This document shows, in pieces, positions 47,131-51,621 of a stretch of DNA of 51,621 nt. A model generated the notes under the pieces. It had not been told where the DNA came from. It searched no databases and saw only the letters and a program-made list of their open reading frames with translations. The stretch's first letter is position 1. Every line of letters begins with the position of its first letter. The DNA comes from Octopus bimaculoides (lineage: Eukaryota): NCBI RefSeq assembly GCF_001194135.2, contig NC_068996.1, positions 40,070,870-40,122,490 on the forward strand, in the 5' to 3' direction. A program made the translations under genes and the position numbers.

Positions 47131-48002
47131 GCCAAAATATAAAAATGGTTCTGCACTAACATATTCTCACATGGATAAAAAAAAAAGTCATAGCTATGTA
47201 GTTAAGAAGCTCATTTTACAACTACATAATTTTGGGTTCAGTCCCACTGCATGACACCTTGGGTAAGTGTCTTCTACTATAGCACTGATATGCTTTATAA
47301 ATGAATTTGGTCAACAGAAACTGTGTGAAAGCCCATTGTGTATTTATACAGAATGTAGATAGGGTTAAAATCCAGGTCGTGTTCTCTTGAAGCGTATCTG
47401 CTTATTCCAGTACTCAAAAATTGTATGTAGGTGTTATATATGTGTGACAGATGCATAAGAGTTGAAAAATACTGGGAAAAGTTTTGGCATTATTTATCCA
47501 CCATTATGTGTTTCATTTGCTAGAATTTCTAATACGAGGTATGTGACCCGTTTTCTACTACACGTACACCGCTGTAACTCCTATTCACAAATGAAACATG
47601 TGTAATGATGAATAAATAATATCAAAACTCTTCCAACCTCCTGTTTTGTTATACATACATACATATATACACATGTGTGTGTGTGTTATGTTGTCAGTAT
47701 TTCATGTATATGAAAAAGAAGCACACTGTAAAACATTAGAGCAGTAATAAATTTTTAGGAAGTTAAAAGTAATGACTGGTCATACAGTGCAAATCGGTAT
47801 CACAACTATAAAGCGTTTAGCAGTATAGGCAACTTGGCCATATCTCTAAACTTCCTGAAACATACACACGCACACACACACACACATATGTATGTATGTA
47901 TGTATATGTGTGGCTTTGTGTTTGTTCTACCCCATCCACCTCTTGACACACCAGTGCAAACAGAGTTGATAAAATGAGTGCCAAGAGCGATTTATTTGAC
48001 TA

Positions 48003-48203
48003 GACCATGCATGGGAAAAATGCGGCCCTCGCCGAGTTTCTAGGTTATTAATTTCATACTATGACAAATAAAATTAAGAAGAACTGCAAAAAATTCAGTG
48101 TGAAAGGGTAAAGTAATATTTCATGCATATGTATTTTACTATGCGGCCTTCCCACTTGGAAAGGGTACAATGCGGCCCCCAGTTGACGAAAAGTTGCCTA
48201 CAG
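48003..48203 (+). mobile_element. hAT-type MITE fragment with GCGGCCC subterminal motifs
   Basis: catgcatgggaaaaatgcggccc ... atgcggcccccagttgacgaaaagttgcc; truncated by an S1 SINE. Confidence 0.55.
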
Positions 48204-48375
48204 GCGCAGGAGTGGCTGTGTGGTAAATAGCTTGCCTACCAACCACATGGTTCCGGGTTCAGTCCCACTGCATGGCACTTTGGGCAAGTGTCTTCTACTA
48301 TAGCCTCGGGCCGACCAAAGCCTTGTGAGTGGATTTGGTAGACGGAAACTGAAAGAAGCCTGTCGTATATATATA
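48203..48375 (+). mobile_element. S1 SINE 5' half ending at gap
   Basis: ggcgcaggagtggctgtgtgg...gaagcctgtcgtatatata. Confidence 0.9.
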
Positions 48376-49755
48376 NNNNNNNNNNNNNNNNNNNNNNNNN
48401 NNNNNNNNNNNNNNNNNNNNNNNNNNNNNNNNNNNNNNNNNNNNNNNNNNNNNNNNNNNNNNNNNNNNNNNNNNNNNNNNNNNNNNNNNNNNNNNNNNNN
48501 NNNNNNNNNNNNNNNNNNNNNNNNNNNNNNNNNNNNNNNNNNNNNNNNNNNNNNNNNNNNNNNNNNNNNNNNNNNNNNNNNNNNNNNNNNNNNNNNNNNN
48601 NNNNNNNNNNNNNNNNNNNNNNNNNNNNNNNNNNNNNNNNNNNNNNNNNNNNNNNNNNNNNNNNNNNNNNNNNNNNNNNNNNNNNNNNNNNNNNNNNNNN
48701 NNNNNNNNNNNNNNNNNNNNNNNNNNNNNNNNNNNNNNNNNNNNNNNNNNNNNNNNNNNNNNNNNNNNNNNNNNNNNNNNNNNNNNNNNNNNNNNNNNNN
48801 NNNNNNNNNNNNNNNNNNNNNNNNNNNNNNNNNNNNNNNNNNNNNNNNNNNNNNNNNNNNNNATGTCCAATGACTGAAACAAAAGATTAAAGATAAAAAA
48901 AAAATATCCTAGCCGGAATTAAATACATGAGGGACTTTAATCAATTACTTCCCCTTAGATTCTAACCGGTCTTCCCATCTTTTACGCGTGGTTGACGATC
49001 CTCGACTCAGCTGTATGTTTCGTTTTTTTTTTTCTGTCTTCTCTATAGGAATTTTTCAACTTTACTTTTGAATTAGCTGCTGATTTTAATGTTTCATTCT
49101 TTTGCACAGGGAGCAAAAGTACTTGTTTGTTGTTATTTTTTTTCCTAAATATTTATTTCAATTTTCATCTTTGTAAATTACTAATTTGAGTAATACCGCT
49201 TCTTTCGTTAGATATTTAGTCTATTTGTCTTTGTATCACATATTTTTTTTTACAAAAACATCCAAATGCACGCTCGTGCACTTGTTCAGGCAGACACGTT
49301 CACACTAATTAAAACGCATGTTCCTCTTTCCTATACTGACGATAATGTAGAACTAAGCGATAAAGCAGAACTTCATAGCGCTTGACGTATTAGATATTCA
49401 TATCTACATCTGAATTAAACAACCATTCTATACGGTCTTAAATAAAAAAGGATGCGTTAGATATTGTAGTCAGTCACAAAGATGGTCACGGTTGGAGCGT
49501 TTTTGACTTTAGGTCTGTTCATTCAGCACTCACATGTGGCTAAGTAGTGCGGTAACATCAACACATGTTCATATTGCATCAGCTTTGCTATTTGTGATAA
49601 CAAAGGCCTTATGGAAGTATTACTGTTGCAATTATGTAGCGTTTTACACAAACGTCTTTTATTCACTAGCCTAAAAGGTAAAAAAATAATAAAATTTTGT
49701 TTAATTTTTTTTTTGTAGTAGGCGGATACTTTTATGAAAGTTATATATCCCGAAC

Positions 49756-49923
49756 CAGCAGTTCTTAACCGCGGCCCTCAAGCATCCTTCCCGCAGCCCT
49801 ATTGAAGAAGAATATAATAAATTCTTCTTTAATTGTCTTTTACAATGTTTGGGTGCGGCCCTTTGAAAAAAAAAATCCATGTTTTGGATCTGGCTAGGAT
49901 ATTAAAACAGTTGAGGGTCACTG
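49756..49923. mobile_element. Decayed hAT-type MITE
   Basis: cagcagttcttaaccgcggccc ... agttgagggtcactg; GCGGCCC motifs. Confidence 0.5.
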
Positions 49924-51392
49924 GCTCAAACGGAGGCGATGTTTCGATTATTGTACAGAAAAGCAGGGTTGCTGTCTTCAAAATAAAATAAATAAATAAA
50001 CCATACCCGATAATGTAGTTTTAGATGAAGTATATCCCAATAAAAATATGGAATGATCACAGCAGGAATACCTTTCACCATAAGTTTGTCGGACGAGGAC
50101 TGATTTGGGGAAAAACAAACACCAAAGGCAAAATTGATGGCTAGAGTATGCGTGTGCGTCAGCCTTTTCGCTTTGGGATTTTGAAGAATTCGAACCGGTC
50201 TTTACCAAAGTAAGAAGGCTCGTTTGTTTAGGTCAAGAGAACATTTAAGGATCTGTGGTTCTTTGAATTAGTTGATGTATGAATGTGAATGTATATCGTT
50301 ATTATCATCGATTTGCGTCCGTTTTCCATGCTAGTGTGGGTTGGACAGTTTGATATGGCGCTGTCCAGACGCCAGTTGTCTGTTTTGACATGGTTTTTAC
50401 AGAGTGTGCTGGGTGCTTCTTACGTGGCACTGGCATCTGCAAAGGACAAGCCTGCATATATGTATGTAGAATAAATTTGCTGTCATGGGTGTGCATGTTA
50501 CAATTGAACACGTGTGCATGTTTCATTACTGTTTGTGTGTGTGTGTATATGCTTTCCATTTGTATGTGTGGTTGTGTGCACATACATACCCAGGACACTC
50601 AAGTGAAGAATACCTGAAATGTTTTACAATTTCGCTCTGCTAAACCGATCAGTTGTATCTGGAGAACACAAGTTCTGTTCTTTGTATGTATGTCTTGGAT
50701 ATGACTTTAAGCTGCGTCCAGCAGTGGCAAAGGCACGGAGACAACACACACACACACACATATGGGTTTCTTTCAGTTTCAGTCTAACAAATTCATTTAC
50801 AAGGATTTTGTCAGCCTGGGGCTATAGTAGTGACTGAACCCAGAATCATGTAGTTGAAAAGCAAACTTCTTACTGCACAGGCATCATTCAGAAGTCACAA
50901 TGTGAAGAAGCACATTGGCACTAGTGGTGTGTAACAAAATCTGATAGTCTGGTTGATGCAGACTATCAGATGACTCTATCAAATGTAATGCTTATCTATT
51001 ACATACATGTAATTCTGTATACACACATGCATGCAGACACATACACAAACACATATAGTATATATAAATCACAGTATGTGTGTATATTGACTAATGCATA
51101 TATTTCCACAATTCTCAACCAATTTTCACCAAACTTTACACATACATTACTTATGTGCCAAGGATGGTCATGCACTATAACATTTGGCCCAGAGCTCCTG
51201 TGTAAATGAACAAACCGGGAAAAATGATGGTTTACACAGATTTTTTTCTCTAATTCGTTGTATGTACATCATTTTTTTGTATGTAGGGTCTTCCATACTT
51301 TTTTAATCTATATGGTCGGATATTGGCAGTGTTTTGATTTATTTATTTATATGTTGTAATTGTGTATTATTACTTTCTATATTTTTGATGAT

Positions 51393-51621
51393 TTATCATC
51401 ATCATCATCGTTTAACGTCCGCTTTCCATGCTAGCATGGGTTGGACGATTTGACTGAGGACTGGTGAAACCGGATGGCAACACCAGGCTCCAATCTAATT
51501 TGGCAGAGTTTCTACAGCTGGATGCCCTTCCTAACGCCAACCACTCCGAGAGTGTAGTGGGTGCTTTTACGTGTCACCCGCACGAAAACGGCCACGCTCG
51601 AAATGGTGTCTTTTATGTGCC
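51393..51621 (-). mobile_element. Young RTE LINE 3' end (continues past the window edge)
   Basis: catcatcatcgtttaacgtccgctttccatgctagcatggg...; nearly identical to 42087-42290 and to the reverse complement of 36130-36300. Confidence 0.9.

Overview
AT-rich eukaryotic genomic DNA with 10 N-gaps, dominated by transposable elements and microsatellites. The repeat families resemble octopus tRNA-derived SINEs and RTE LINE tails, so a cephalopod (Octopus-like) draft assembly is inferred, not proven. One protein-coding gene is supported on the minus strand: a large Ser/Asp-rich first coding exon (41185-41693) splices in frame to a 118-nt exon (29359-29476), with a promoter-like region near 43.8-44.0 kb. 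The rest comprises at least four SINE families, RTE, CR1-like and RLE (R4/Dong-like) LINE remnants, decayed Tc1/mariner transposons, and piggyBac-, Kolobok- and hAT-type MITEs. The most notable signal is three unrelated small repeat families that each carry a minimal type I hammerhead-ribozyme motif of the Penelope-associated kind. One of them is a tRNA-headed SINE-like element whose hammerhead-bearing tail is also present as an inverted 5' copy, the whole unit bounded by one 12-bp target-site duplication (16148-16565). No CRISPR array, rRNA or intact tRNA gene is supported. All calls are by eye with no database searches; repeat boundaries are approximate (about +/-10-20 bp) unless a TSD or TIR is quoted.
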